Shown: piece by piece, positions 1 through 9,084 of the stretch
Layout: each line of letters begins with the position of its first letter
Numbering within the stretch: the first letter of the stretch is position 1
Source: Candidatus Magasanikiibacteriota bacterium
Lineage (GTDB): Bacteria > Patescibacteriota > Patescibacteriia > Magasanikbacterales > UBA10146
Assembly: GCA_016212585.1 (NCBI GenBank)
Contig: JACRFU010000062.1
Location: forward strand, 1-43,303
Direction of reading: 5' to 3'
DNA length: 43,303 bases
Position numbers and translations under genes: made by a program
The notes under the pieces: model-generated
Told to the model about the DNA's origin: nothing
Seen by the model: only the letters and a program-made list of their open reading frames with translations
Database searches by the model: none

Positions 1-62
1 AACACAAGCAAATCAACGCAATAATGGATTATGGAGCGCGGTTTCATAAGATTATGTCCATA
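1..62 (+). repeat. Family C palindromic element, partial copy (one arm, cut by window edge)
   Basis: nt 22-62 align at roughly 80 percent with 28949-28988, the right arm of the 28807-28988 palindrome. Shared pieces include the identical 12-mer TAATGGATTATG and the terminal ATGTCCATA. Confidence 0.6.
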
Positions 63-63
63 G

Positions 64-138
64 ACCTCAAAATTTATTCAACAATTCTGTCTCGAACTAT
101 GCGTATTTCGTTACAAAAGCGCATTCGGCGACAGACCC
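64..138 (-). repeat. Family A MITE, half copy (copy 1), abutting the family C arm
   Basis: ACCTCAAAATTTATTCAACAATTCTGTCTCGAA...AAAAGCGCATTCGGCGACAGACCC matches the reverse complement of the left half of full copies such as 8413-8573. The other half is missing. Confidence 0.8.
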
Positions 139-188
139 ATAATAGAAAATACGTACTAAAATGTCAAAAAGTTTCATTTGGGCATGAG

Positions 189-740
189 TTATGCCATCGC
201 GTAGCGCTTTAATGCTTTGCGGCACGCTTTGTAAGCCGGCACGGTCTGCGCCACCAGCTGCCAGAAAGCGCGTGAATGGTTCATTTCTTTAAGATGGCAT
301 AACTCATGCGCAACAATATAGACGGCAATATGGTCCGGCAAAAAAACTATCTGATAATTAAAATTCAAATTGCCTTTTGTTGAACAGCTCCCCCACCGGC
401 TGGAATGCTGTTTAATGCGCACTGCGCGATGAGCGTGTCCATACACCGCGTTCAATGCTTTGATTTTTTCATGCACCAGCGCGCGAGCGTGCTCACGATG
501 CGCAAGATACGAACGCCTGCCGTTTGGCAAAGAGACACGCGGCTTATGTTTTTGTATCCGCAACACCACGCGTTCTATCCATTGTTTTTTTGAATTCACC
601 CACGCGTTAAAACGCGCGCTTGGCATGGCGGACGGTCTCACCGCGATCACTTCTCCCGTGCGGCGCACCGTAATGCGCGCATGACGCGCTCGCGCGCTGG
701 AATGAGTAATATAAAAATTATTCGCCGCAAGAGAGGTCAT
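189..740 (-). CDS. YgjP-like / DUF45 (M48-type) zinc metallopeptidase
   Basis: 183 aa ORF with WGSCS...VAHELCHLKEMNHSRAFW (HExxH motif in the typical DUF45 context). Overlaps the msrB stop by 4 nt. Confidence 0.75.
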   Translation of the reverse strand: MTSLAANNFYITHSSARARHARITVRRTGEVIAVRPSAMPSARFNAWVNSKKQWIERVVLRIQKHKPRVSLPNGRRSYLAHREHARALVHEKIKALNAVYGHAHRAVRIKQHSSRWGSCSTKGNLNFNYQIVFLPDHIAVYIVAHELCHLKEMNHSRAFWQLVAQTVPAYKACRKALKRYAMA

Positions 741-1126
741 AAGCGTGGCATAAACTTCAATGCCGCGGAATTAACACAGTAGCGCGTATCTTTGGGCGTC
801 ATTTTTTCTCCTTCAAACGCATGACCCAAATGCCCGCCGCATCGCGCGCATACAATTTCAACGCGCGCGCCGTCGGCGTCCGGTAGGCGTTTGATCGCGC
901 TTGGGAGCGCGTCATCAAAACTCGGCCAGCCGCATCCGGCATCAAATTTGGCATCTGACGCGAACAGTTCACTCCCGCACCCCGCGCACCGATACATTCC
1001 TTGTGCCTTGGCATCCCAATACATGCCGGTAAACGGCCGCTCGGTGGCACACCCACGCAACACCTTGTATTGCTCCGACGTTAATTCTTTTTGCCACTCT
1101 TCCTCGGTTTTTACAATTTGATTCAT
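737..1126 (-). CDS. msrB: Peptide-methionine (R)-S-oxide reductase MsrB
   Basis: 129 aa with two CxxC pairs (CAGCGSELF, CARCGGHLGHAF), GWPSF and the catalytic RYCVNS motif. Confidence 0.9.
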   Translation of the reverse strand: MNQIVKTEEEWQKELTSEQYKVLRGCATERPFTGMYWDAKAQGMYRCAGCGSELFASDAKFDAGCGWPSFDDALPSAIKRLPDADGARVEIVCARCGGHLGHAFEGEKMTPKDTRYCVNSAALKFMPRL

Positions 1127-1168
1127 ATACAGAAAAATTATTTTTTAATCTCATTCAACGGCAAACCT

Positions 1169-1396
1169 TCAATCAATGCGTTGATTGGCTGAAAAATCCA
1201 AATCCTCAGAGAATCTATATTGTTCAAAATACATGTGGTGCAATGCTGCTCCGCCTTTGAAGATGAGCTTATTTTTAAGAGCAGAATGGGCAATAATCTG
1301 AAGAACGAGCGTTAGAAAATAATCTTTTTCGGCAATATGGAGCGGATATTTTAAGGTTTTACGATTGATAATTTCTAACTGTTGGCGGGTTATCAT
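1169..1396 (-). pseudogene. AbiEii/DUF1814 nucleotidyltransferase toxin, N-terminal 75-aa remnant
   Basis: KGGAALHHMYFEQYRFSEDLDFS matches the N-terminal NTase motif of AbiEii; compare the intact paralog at 19381-20076 (KGGTAALMFYDLTRNSVDIDLDL). Only about 40 nt remain before msrB, so the C-terminal two thirds are deleted. Confidence 0.7.
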
Positions 1397-1410
1397 AAAC
1401 GAAAATATTT

Positions 1411-2198
1411 TTAAGAGAGTGACATGTGATATTGTTCAAAATACTCGTCATAATAAAGTCTCCATTTCGCATTGAACTTTTTGTCCCCAGCAAGCATCCA
1501 GTGAGTGCCGTGTTTCGTATTTATAAGTTGATGTAAACGGGTTGAGTCAATACCAAGAAAATCAAAAATTAGACCGAATATTTTAATGGTAGTAACAGAA
1601 AACTGAGTGAGATATTCATTAATACGATTAAAATTAAGATCATTTTTATGACCCATAAGTTTCTCTATCACCACATCAATGGACAATTTGTTTTTATGAA
1701 AATTCACCATATCAATCAACGCTTTCTCGGCTGTGGCAATTCGTACTAAATTATTTTCTATTTGCTCTTCTTCATAACCAAAATATAAATGTGCTTTAGT
1801 TTTGACAAAGCCATACTCCATGTTATTCAACTTCACTGCTTTGAATGTTTTTAAACTAATTGAAACGGTTTTGCTCATAAGCTGATCAAACATATTATGA
1901 TATTGAAGCGCTGATTCAAAAGAAACATAAGAATCTGTAACCAAAAGATTGGCTATGAGATAAGGCGAAAGCGACAAAAAACCCGATTACTTAACTCTGA
2001 AATGGCATACAGCCCGCGTTTAATCCGAACGAGCCAACCATTTTTAGTAAGTTTGGTAATAAGATTTTTTGCTTGTTTATAATCCCAATCACTCTTGGCC
2101 GCCTCAATAATTTGCCCTGAAGTAACAATAAGACCATGATGCATGATCAAATTCTCCAATAATTCGCTTTGTTTAGCAGAAAGTATAGTTTGTTTCAT
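1411..2198 (-). pseudogene. AbiEi-type antitoxin (wHTH) split by a frameshift in a homopolymer
   Basis: ORFs 1953-2198 (..GWLVRIKRGLYAISE..) and 1411-1977 (..SPYLIANLLVTDSYVSFESALQYHN..) together form one AbiEi-like protein. They switch frame at the A6 run at 1976-1981. Adding one base restores ..SNRVFLSLSPYLIANLL.. Confidence 0.7.
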
Positions 2199-2335
2199 AT
2201 ATCATAAATCATAAAGATAAATGACTTTATACATACATTTTAAACTATTTTAAAAAATTGGTATAATTAACAAAATGTAATGCTAAAAATCCTTTTTTGT
2301 GTCATACTATAGCCATAATTTTAATCTTTATCAAT

Positions 2336-2460
2336 ATGAATTCAAAAAAGTGTATCAAATGCGGATCAAATCAGAACAAAAAGTATGGTAAAGTGCGTGG
2401 TAGACAACGGTTTCTATGCTTCTCTTGTGGCAGACAATTCATTCCAAAACGAGATACAAC
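2336..2460 (+). pseudogene. IS transposase N-terminal zinc-ribbon fragment (IS1 InsA / IS1595-like), truncated by family A copy 2
   Basis: MNSKKCIKCGSNQNKKYGKVRGRQRFLCFSCGRQF has the CxxC-x15-CxxC transposase zinc-ribbon pattern. The reading frame runs straight into the MITE terminus at 2461, and no catalytic domain follows. Confidence 0.55.
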
Positions 2461-2622
2461 GGGTCTGTCGCCGAATATGCTTTTGTAATGAAATGTACAG
2501 ATTTCGAGACAAAATTGTTGAATAAATTTTGAGGTTTAATTGCAAATTAAGCTGAAAAATTTTGAAACGATTTTGGCCGAAATATGTGCATTGCAGTAAA
2601 AATGGCATTCGTCGACAGACCC
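2461..2622 (+). mobile_element. Family A MITE, full copy 2 (162 bp)
   Basis: GGGTCTGTCGCCGAATATGC...GCATTCGTCGACAGACCC. The whole element is an imperfect palindrome. It ends 1 nt from the stop of the 2624-3241 gene. Confidence 0.9.
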
Positions 2623-2623
2623 A

Positions 2624-3241
2624 CTAAATGACTCGCGCAATAACACGCGTAGGTGCGCTGTCTGTTTCAAATTTGGCAGGCAAGGCATATACTTCAAATG
2701 CTTCAACACCCAAAAGCGCGTTTAAATGCGTGAGATTTTCAATGAGTAAAATTTCTTTTTCTAAAAATAATTTATGAATCGGAAATGGCGAATCATCGGG
2801 ACCGGGAGTGTCTAATCCGACCATTTTTACACCGTGGTCAATGAACGAAAGCGCGCACCCGCGTGTCATACGAGGAAAATCAGTGTAATACTCCGGCGCG
2901 CCAAACTTTTCCGACCAGCCGGTCAAGCACAACACAATACTCCCTTGCGAAATTTTTACCACACTCGCCACGGTTTCATCAATCACCGCTTTGCCGCGCG
3001 CGTCAATCAAAATATCTTGTCCTATCAACCTCTCAATCGGTATTTCAGAAAGTTTTCGTCCTCCTTTTACCATATGCATCGGTCCGTCTATATGCGTGCC
3101 TACATGCATGCCAGTTCGCACTTCATGATCCGCAAACTTGTCTTTTTCAATATTCGCAATCTGTTGTAATTGCGGTACAGCATCCCCCGGATAAACAGGC
3201 ATACGCGTGGTAAAGGTATGCGTGAGATCAATATAATGCAT
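2624..3241 (-). CDS. Cyclase-family protein (kynurenine formamidase-like, PF04199-type)
   Basis: 205 aa. N-terminus is MHYIDLTHTFTTRMPVYPGD, with HVGTHIDGPMHM and GLDTPGPD motifs typical of the putative cyclase / arylformamidase fold. Confidence 0.7.
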   Translation of the reverse strand: MHYIDLTHTFTTRMPVYPGDAVPQLQQIANIEKDKFADHEVRTGMHVGTHIDGPMHMVKGGRKLSEIPIERLIGQDILIDARGKAVIDETVASVVKISQGSIVLCLTGWSEKFGAPEYYTDFPRMTRGCALSFIDHGVKMVGLDTPGPDDSPFPIHKLFLEKEILLIENLTHLNALLGVEAFEVYALPAKFETDSAPTRVIARVI

Positions 3242-3435
3242 AACATTTTACTTCTTGTAATTATACTTTACTAAATATATTCTGTAAATGATGGCGCAAT
3301 CAAAAAACACGCCGTGACCAAAGCATGTTTTTTGATTATCTTTTATTTTTTATTCCCCAGATATTCTTTCGGCCAGTTGCCGATCAGCATCTGTAACTGG
3401 AGTAAATTTGTAGATAAACCTCGCTGACATACTAT

Positions 3436-3595
3436 GGGACTGTCGCCGAATGCGCTTTTGTAGCAAAATTTCTGAATTTTGAGATAGAATTGTTGAATAA
3501 ATTTTGAGGTTTAACAGCAGTTAAGCCGAAAAATTTTGAAACGATTTTGACCGAAATTTGCCAATGAAGGAGAAATGCTATTGGGGGACAAGTCT
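3436..3595 (+). mobile_element. Family A MITE, copy 3 (subfamily A2, right terminus degenerate)
   Basis: GGGACTGTCGCCGAATGCGCTTTTGTAGC...TTGAGGTTTAACAGCAGTTAAGCCGAAAAATTTTGAAACG... The right end is decayed to GCTATTGGGGGACAAGTCT. It starts 1 nt after the secY stop codon. Confidence 0.8.
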
Positions 3596-3596
3596 A

Positions 3597-4871
3597 TTAA
3601 TATATCTCGTAATCGTGCATAGAAACACGAGCCTCTACCTGCTGGACAATTTCAATGACCACCGCCACCACAATTAAAAGCGAAGTTCCGCCGATTGCCA
3701 AAGAAGTACTGCCTGCAAATTGGCGCAAAGTCAACGGTAAAACCGCGATTGCGCCCAAAAACAACGAGCCTGCAAGTAAAATGCGATTCATAATATAGGT
3801 GAGATATTCCGCGGTCAGATGGCCCGGACGAATACCGGGAATAAACCCGCCTTGTTTTTGCAAATTTTCCGCGATTTTTTGAGGTTGAAACACAATAGCC
3901 GCGTAAAAATACGTAAACACCACCACCAGAAAAAAATATACCACGGCGTAAAAAATCTGATTGTTAAACAAACTGATCGTTGACGCGGCCGCGTTGCGCA
4001 ACCATGGCGCGCTCGCGTGCGCAAAAAATTGCGCGATCATGCTCGGAAACAAAATCAAAGAAATCGCGAAAATAATCGGAATTACGCCTGCCATATTAAC
4101 GCGCAATGGCAAGTGTGACTGCGTGCCGCCGTAGGATTTGCCGCCATGAATATGCCGCGCGTACGATACCGGTATATTGCGCTGTCCTTCAGTAATAAAT
4201 ACCACGCCGATAATGGTAAAGATTGCAACGCCCACAAACAAAATCATATTCAACAGCTGGCTTGAGTCATACGTCAAAAGTGTCTGTTGAAGCCTGCCCG
4301 GCAAACCGGAAATAATACCGGCAAAAATAATCAATGAAATGCCGTTGCCGATTTTACGCTCGGAGATAAGTTCTCCAATCCACATAAGAAACATACAACC
4401 CGCGGTAATGGTGATCATAGAGGTGACCAAGCGCATAACGCTTAAATCCGTAATAACACCGCGAGCGGAAGCGCGCAGAAGCATAATGGTGCCGTATCCC
4501 TGTAAAATTGCCAAAGGCACGGTTGCGTAACGAGTATATTGATTAATTTTTTGCTGGCCTTGTTCCCCTTCTTTGGAAAGCGCGTCAAGCGAAGGAATTA
4601 CCATACCCAACAACTGAAAAATAATTGATGCGGTAATGTATGGTCCCACGCCAAGCATAATAACAGAAAAATTTTGCAAAGTGCCTCCGGAAAACACATT
4701 GACCAAGCCCAAAATCTGATTGGATTGAAAAAAACGGCGCAATGCGATAACATCTACGCCAGGAATGGGAATATGCGCGAGTAATCGGAAAATCACGAGC
4801 ATCCCTATGACAAATAAAACATCGCGTCGCAAATCTTTGATTTTCCAAATGTGTCCTAACCGTTCAAACAT
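3597..4871 (-). CDS. secY: Preprotein translocase subunit SecY
   Basis: 424 aa multi-pass membrane protein at the end of the spc cluster, with typical SecY sequence (..FSGGTLQNFSVIMLGVGPYITASII..). Confidence 0.95.
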   Translation of the reverse strand: MFERLGHIWKIKDLRRDVLFVIGMLVIFRLLAHIPIPGVDVIALRRFFQSNQILGLVNVFSGGTLQNFSVIMLGVGPYITASIIFQLLGMVIPSLDALSKEGEQGQQKINQYTRYATVPLAILQGYGTIMLLRASARGVITDLSVMRLVTSMITITAGCMFLMWIGELISERKIGNGISLIIFAGIISGLPGRLQQTLLTYDSSQLLNMILFVGVAIFTIIGVVFITEGQRNIPVSYARHIHGGKSYGGTQSHLPLRVNMAGVIPIIFAISLILFPSMIAQFFAHASAPWLRNAAASTISLFNNQIFYAVVYFFLVVVFTYFYAAIVFQPQKIAENLQKQGGFIPGIRPGHLTAEYLTYIMNRILLAGSLFLGAIAVLPLTLRQFAGSTSLAIGGTSLLIVVAVVIEIVQQVEARVSMHDYEIY

Positions 4872-4879
4872 AATGAATT

Positions 4880-5323
4880 TTAAACAGTTTTGCCTCCTGC
4901 TTTCTTAATTTTATCAAGAGCGCCTTTGGATAGCAAGCACCCCTTGATTGCCAGCTTCTTGGTAAGTTCCCCCTTAGAGAGTATTTTTGCTCCAAAACGC
5001 GTGGTGGAAATCAATTTTTTAGCAAATAATGCCGAAGGAGTTACGGTCTCGCCCGCTGAAAATGCTTTTTCAAGCTGACTGCAATTGACCACCTCCTGTT
5101 TGGTAACAAAACTTTTGAAACCACCCAATTTAGGTAAACTCAAAAGCATGGGGCGCATACCCAAACGTTTCAAACGGCCGCGTCCGCTTCCGGTACGGGC
5201 TTTCTGGCCTTTTTGGCCGCGCGCGCTGTAGGTGCCGTGTCCGGATGCATTGCCGCGTCCTACATATTTTGCTTTGCGATGCGCGCTTGCTTTTGGTTTG
5301 AGCGTGTGTAATGAAAGTGTCAT
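4880..5323 (-). CDS. rplO: 50S ribosomal protein L15
   Basis: 147 aa with GRGNASGHGTYSARGQKGQKARTG. Position lies between rpsE and secY. Confidence 0.95.
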   Translation of the reverse strand: MTLSLHTLKPKASAHRKAKYVGRGNASGHGTYSARGQKGQKARTGSGRGRLKRLGMRPMLLSLPKLGGFKSFVTKQEVVNCSQLEKAFSAGETVTPSALFAKKLISTTRFGAKILSKGELTKKLAIKGCLLSKGALDKIKKAGGKTV

Positions 5324-5337
5324 ATCAATTGGTATAG

Positions 5338-5952
5338 TTAAATTGCTGAATCAGCCTTTTGTTCAATGTGTGAAGCCTCCGGTGCGGCTATTGCTGTTTT
5401 GATACGGCGCGCGCGCAACATTTCCAATGCTTTAAATGTCGCTTTCACATTATTGATTTTATTTTTGCTTCCCAACATTTTACTCACAATGTTCGGCACG
5501 CCCGCCATCTGAAGCACAATACGCGTGGCACCACCGGCAATAATACCAGAACCTTTTGGAGCCGGCTTCAAGAGCAAAACACCGGACGCAAACTTTGCGT
5601 CAACACGATGCGGAATTGTTTCATTGATAATCGGGACGGTTATCATGTGTTTTTTCGCCTGATTAACCGCTTTATTTACTGAAAATGTTACGTCGGCTCC
5701 TTTTCCTACGCCATACCCTACGCGGCCTTTTTTATCTCCAATCACCACACACGCGCGAAAACGCATACGTTTGCCGCCTTTGGTCACACGGGTCACGCGC
5801 GCCAAATCAATAATTTCTTGGGCAAACTCGCGCTCTTCCCGTTCTCGGCGATCTCCTCTGCCGCCACCTCTTCCACCACGCGCTCCGCCTTGTCCGCCTT
5901 GGCCTTTACGGCGATCATTGCCGCTAAATTGTTTTGATTGCTGTTGTTCCAT
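5338..5952 (-). CDS. rpsE: 30S ribosomal protein S5 with an RGG-rich N-terminal extension
   Basis: 204 aa. The core is VTRVTKGGKRMRFRACVVIGDKKGRVGYGVGKG. The N-terminal ~45 aa are Gly/Arg low complexity (GQGGQGGARGGRGGGRGDRRE). Confidence 0.95.
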   Translation of the reverse strand: MEQQQSKQFSGNDRRKGQGGQGGARGGRGGGRGDRREREEREFAQEIIDLARVTRVTKGGKRMRFRACVVIGDKKGRVGYGVGKGADVTFSVNKAVNQAKKHMITVPIINETIPHRVDAKFASGVLLLKPAPKGSGIIAGGATRIVLQMAGVPNIVSKMLGSKNKINNVKATFKALEMLRARRIKTAIAAPEASHIEQKADSAI

Positions 5953-5981
5953 AGTTAATTTTTTATGGTGTGTATGGTGTG

Positions 5982-6359
5982 TTAGAACTCTAATCCGCCT
6001 TTGCGAGCGCCTTCCGCAACCGCCTTAATGCGCCCGTGATATTTATAACCACTCCGGTCAAACACCGCCTTATAAATACCCGCGGTTTTTGCCGCACTCG
6101 CAAGCGCTAAACCGGTTGCGTACGCCACACGCGTTTTGCCTTTGTATTCTTCCGGCGCGTCTGCCTCCTTTACGGATTTGCTCATCACGCCCACAACGGT
6201 TGATTGCTTCACATCGTCAATCAATTGCGCATAAATATGTTTAAGGCTTCTAAAAACCGACAGACGCGGACGATTTGCGGTGCCGGTCACACGCGCCCGC
6301 ACGCGATTCTTTCGCATCACGCGCCCCGTTCGTTTTTTTGTGATATCTTTTTTAAGCAT
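5982..6359 (-). CDS. rplR: 50S ribosomal protein L18
   Basis: 125 aa with RPRLSVFRSLKHIYAQLIDD and a C-terminal YHGRIKAVAEGARKGGLEF. Confidence 0.95.
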   Translation of the reverse strand: MLKKDITKKRTGRVMRKNRVRARVTGTANRPRLSVFRSLKHIYAQLIDDVKQSTVVGVMSKSVKEADAPEEYKGKTRVAYATGLALASAAKTAGIYKAVFDRSGYKYHGRIKAVAEGARKGGLEF

Positions 6360-6376
6360 AAAAATATATACGTATT

Positions 6377-6925
6377 TTAAGCGGCTGCTTTGCCCGCGGC
6401 CTTGCCAGCCTTTCTATGAACTATTTCATCAACATATTTGATCCCCTTGCCTTTGTACGGTTCTGGCTTCTTCAAGGCGCGAATGAGTGCGGCAGTCTGA
6501 CCAACCGCGGCCTTATCAATGCCGCTCACTTTAATGATTTCTTTTTCAACCGCAATCGTAATACCTTCTGGAATGGAAAATACAATTGGATGGGAAAACC
6601 CAAGCGAGAGTTCCAAATTTTTTCCTTTGACCGCGGCCTTAAAACCCACACCGCTAACCTCAAGCGACTTCTCAAAACCGTTCACGACGCCGTCAATCAT
6701 GTTGCGTACCAAACTTCCATGCAGGCCCCACAACGCGCGGTCATCAACCAGATCCGGGTCTTGCACGGTAATATTTAAAACACCCGCGTCTTGCGTAATG
6801 GAAATATGGGGATGCGCGTGCAATGTAAGCATCCCTTTTGGTCCTTTTACCATCACCTCAGCATCTTTAATGGTGACGGTAACGCCTGGTGGAATTTGAA
6901 TTGGTTTTTTTCCTACGCGTGACAT
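6377..6925 (-). CDS. rplF: 50S ribosomal protein L6
   Basis: 182 aa starting MSRVGKKPIQIPPGVTV, with EPYKGKGIKY. Confidence 0.95.
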   Translation of the reverse strand: MSRVGKKPIQIPPGVTVTIKDAEVMVKGPKGMLTLHAHPHISITQDAGVLNITVQDPDLVDDRALWGLHGSLVRNMIDGVVNGFEKSLEVSGVGFKAAVKGKNLELSLGFSHPIVFSIPEGITIAVEKEIIKVSGIDKAAVGQTAALIRALKKPEPYKGKGIKYVDEIVHRKAGKAAGKAAA

Positions 6926-6934
6926 ATGTTTTGA

Positions 6935-7327
6935 TTAAAACAATTCACAAATAACTTCTCCGCCCAAGCCTTTGGTGCGCGCGTCTCGGCTGGTCATCAA
7001 CCCTTGCGGTGTTGAGATTATGGAAATGCCAAACCCATTATGAATAGGCCGCAATTGGTCATGTTTAATATACACGCGGCGCCCCGGTTTACTGATGCGG
7101 GTAATGGATTGCAATGACGGCTCTTTCCCCTCATGATAACGCAATGTTATTTTCAACATTGGGAACGGCTTCTCAACCAATTCAAAAGAACGCAGGTATC
7201 CGTGTGCGGCCAAAATTTTGGCAATTTCAACTTTTACCTTTGAGGCCGGAGCCGTTACGGTTTCATGGCGCACTTTGTAGGCGTTGCGCAAACGGGTTAA
7301 GAAATCACTGATTGGATCGGAATGCAT
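6935..7327 (-). CDS. rpsH: 30S ribosomal protein S8
   Basis: Start placed at MHSDPISDFLTRLRNA, the canonical S8 N-terminus, which is an internal ATG of ORF 6935-7360. C-terminus is GGEVICELF. Confidence 0.9.
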   Translation of the reverse strand: MHSDPISDFLTRLRNAYKVRHETVTAPASKVKVEIAKILAAHGYLRSFELVEKPFPMLKITLRYHEGKEPSLQSITRISKPGRRVYIKHDQLRPIHNGFGISIISTPQGLMTSRDARTKGLGGEVICELF

Positions 7328-7353
7328 AAAAAATAATTCTTGTGTATAAAAAA

Positions 7354-7539
7354 TTACCAACTGGATTTTGTAATGCCGGGCAACTCCCCCCTATTTGCCA
7401 ATTCTCTAAAGCATATACGACACAGTTTGAAACGGCGCATATACCCATGCTTTCTGCCGCAACGCCAACATCGGCGCACCAAGCGAGTAGAAAACTTCGG
7501 TTTCTTAATGGACTTCGCGATTTGTCCTGTGGTTGCCAT
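7354..7539 (-). CDS. rpsN: 30S ribosomal protein S14, zinc-ribbon type Z (61 aa)
   Basis: 61 aa with CxxC...CxxC ([26 protein letters not shown]). Confidence 0.95.
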   Translation of the reverse strand: MATTGQIAKSIKKPKFSTRLVRRCWRCGRKHGYMRRFKLCRICFRELANRGELPGITKSSW

Positions 7540-7544
7540 ACAGA

Positions 7545-8090
7545 TTATTTAGTAATCTTTTGTAAAGGGAATCCTGCCAAACGAAACAGCATCTTTGCTT
7601 CTTCAGGCGTTTTTGCGTCCGTGGTCACAGCAACCTCAAGACCATGCAGACGGTCAACCTCGTCGGATCGCACTTCCGGAAACGCGACATGTTCTTTAAA
7701 ACCAATTGCCAAATTACCTCTCTGGTCAAAACTCTTTTCAGACAATCCGCGAAAATCTCTCACGCGCGGAAAGGTGATGTTGATTAATTTGTCAATAAAA
7801 TCATACATACGCGCGCCGCGGAGCGTAACTTTGGCGCCAATAATCTGACCCTCGCGCACTTTGAAGTTTGAAATAGATTTACGCGCTTTGGTAAAGACAG
7901 ACTTCTGACCCGTAATATGTTCAAGCGTGCTTCTTACCGCTTCTTGTATTTTTGCGTCTTTAAGCAATTTACCAAAACCAACATTCACCACCACTTTGGT
8001 AAAACGAGGCGCTCCGGCCACCGATTTATAGTGGAATGTATTCTGAAGCGCGGCGCGTATTTCACTGATGTATTTTTCTTTTAAACTCAT
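7545..8090 (-). CDS. rplE: 50S ribosomal protein L5
   Basis: 181 aa with typical L5 sequence and operon position. Confidence 0.95.
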   Translation of the reverse strand: MSLKEKYISEIRAALQNTFHYKSVAGAPRFTKVVVNVGFGKLLKDAKIQEAVRSTLEHITGQKSVFTKARKSISNFKVREGQIIGAKVTLRGARMYDFIDKLINITFPRVRDFRGLSEKSFDQRGNLAIGFKEHVAFPEVRSDEVDRLHGLEVAVTTDAKTPEEAKMLFRLAGFPLQKITK

Positions 8091-8092
8091 AC

Positions 8093-8401
8093 TTATAGGT
8101 CATTATTACATTTCTTGCAAACGCGCGTCTTGCTCTTGCCTTCAACCCTAAAACCAACACGCACACCGCGCTCGCAATGCGAACACAAAAGCGCGACATT
8201 TGAGACCGCCATAGGCGCGGACAATTCCAAAATCTGACCTTTTTGCCCCTGAGTGCGGGTGCGCAAATGCTTTTTAATAATATTTACTCCTTCTACCGCC
8301 ACTTTGTTCTCATGCGGAAACACCTGAATAACCTTTCCTGTTTTTCCTTTGTCTTTTCCCGCTAGAACTTTTATGGTGTCGCCAATTTTAATCTTTTTCA
8401 T
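8093..8401 (-). CDS. rplX: 50S ribosomal protein L24 (C-terminal CxxC...CxxC)
   Basis: True start is MKKIKIGDTIKVLAGKDKGKTGKV. The upstream part of ORF 8093-8464 is read-through of the MITE. The C-terminus carries CSHCERG...VCKKC. Confidence 0.9.
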   Translation of the reverse strand: MKKIKIGDTIKVLAGKDKGKTGKVIQVFPHENKVAVEGVNIIKKHLRTRTQGQKGQILELSAPMAVSNVALLCSHCERGVRVGFRVEGKSKTRVCKKCNNDL

Positions 8402-8412
8402 ATTGAGGTTAT

Positions 8413-8573
8413 GGGTCTGTCGCCGCATGCGCTTTTGTAATGAAACGCGCAGATTTCGAGACAAAATTGTTGAATAAATTTTGAGGTTTAATAATTTTTA
8501 AGCTGAAAAATTTTGAAATAATTTTGTCCGAAAGATGCGCGTTGCAATCAAAATGGCATTCGGCGACAGACCC
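8413..8573 (+). mobile_element. Family A MITE, full copy 4 (161 bp) between rplN and rplX
   Basis: GGGTCTGTCGCCGCATGC...GCATTCGGCGACAGACCC. It begins 3 nt after the rplN stop and ends 11 nt before the rplX ATG. Confidence 0.9.
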
Positions 8574-8576
8574 ATA

Positions 8577-8948
8577 TTATACCACTTCAGGCGCTAATGA
8601 AATAATTTTGGCAAAGCCTTTGTCGCGCAATTCGCGCGCAATCGGACCAAATACACGGCTTGCTTTTGGTTCTTTTGATTCTTTATCAACAATCACCGCG
8701 GCGTTGTCGTCAAAACGCACCGTAATGCCGTTACTGCGATTAATAGCCGCGCGCGTACGCACAATCACCGCATGCGCCACATCGCCTTTTTTAACCATAC
8801 CATACGGCTGGGCTTCTTTCACCGCTACAGTAATAATATCCCCCACGCGGGCGTAGCGCTTTTTGTAACCGCCAAGTACGCGAATACACTGGAGCTTTTT
8901 TGCTCCGGTATTATCTGCTACGGCTAACATGGTGCGGTGTTGTATCAT
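8577..8948 (-). CDS. rplN: 50S ribosomal protein L14
   Basis: 123 aa starting [18 protein letters not shown]. Confidence 0.95.
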   Translation of the reverse strand: MIQHRTMLAVADNTGAKKLQCIRVLGGYKKRYARVGDIITVAVKEAQPYGMVKKGDVAHAVIVRTRAAINRSNGITVRFDDNAAVIVDKESKEPKASRVFGPIARELRDKGFAKIISLAPEVV

Positions 8949-8960
8949 ATTCGTGTTTAG

Positions 8961-9083
8961 TAGGACTTACGCCTTTGGCCAATTTCTTCGTCAAAGCCTG
9001 CGCTTCTCGCTCGTCGTAGATATACTACGGCTTGCTCCGATGCTCGGCTTTTCCTTGAACTTGTCTCAAAGGCGTAAGTCCTA
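8961..9083 (+). mobile_element. Family B MITE, copy 1 (123 bp) between rpsQ and rplN
   Basis: Perfect 17-bp TIR TAGGACTTACGCCTTTG / CAAAGGCGTAAGTCCTA, flanked by a direct 5-bp repeat TTTAG (8956-8960 and 9084-9088). Confidence 0.9.
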
Positions 9084-9084
9084 T

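Noticed and set aside
8408-8578. Target-site duplication for family A copy 4 (and copy 2).
   Set aside because: The flanks GTTAT/ATATT (copy 4) and ACAAC/ACTAA (copy 2) do not match as 5-mers, so these copies cannot be used as TSD evidence. The flanks may have mutated under selection on the adjacent stop and start codons.
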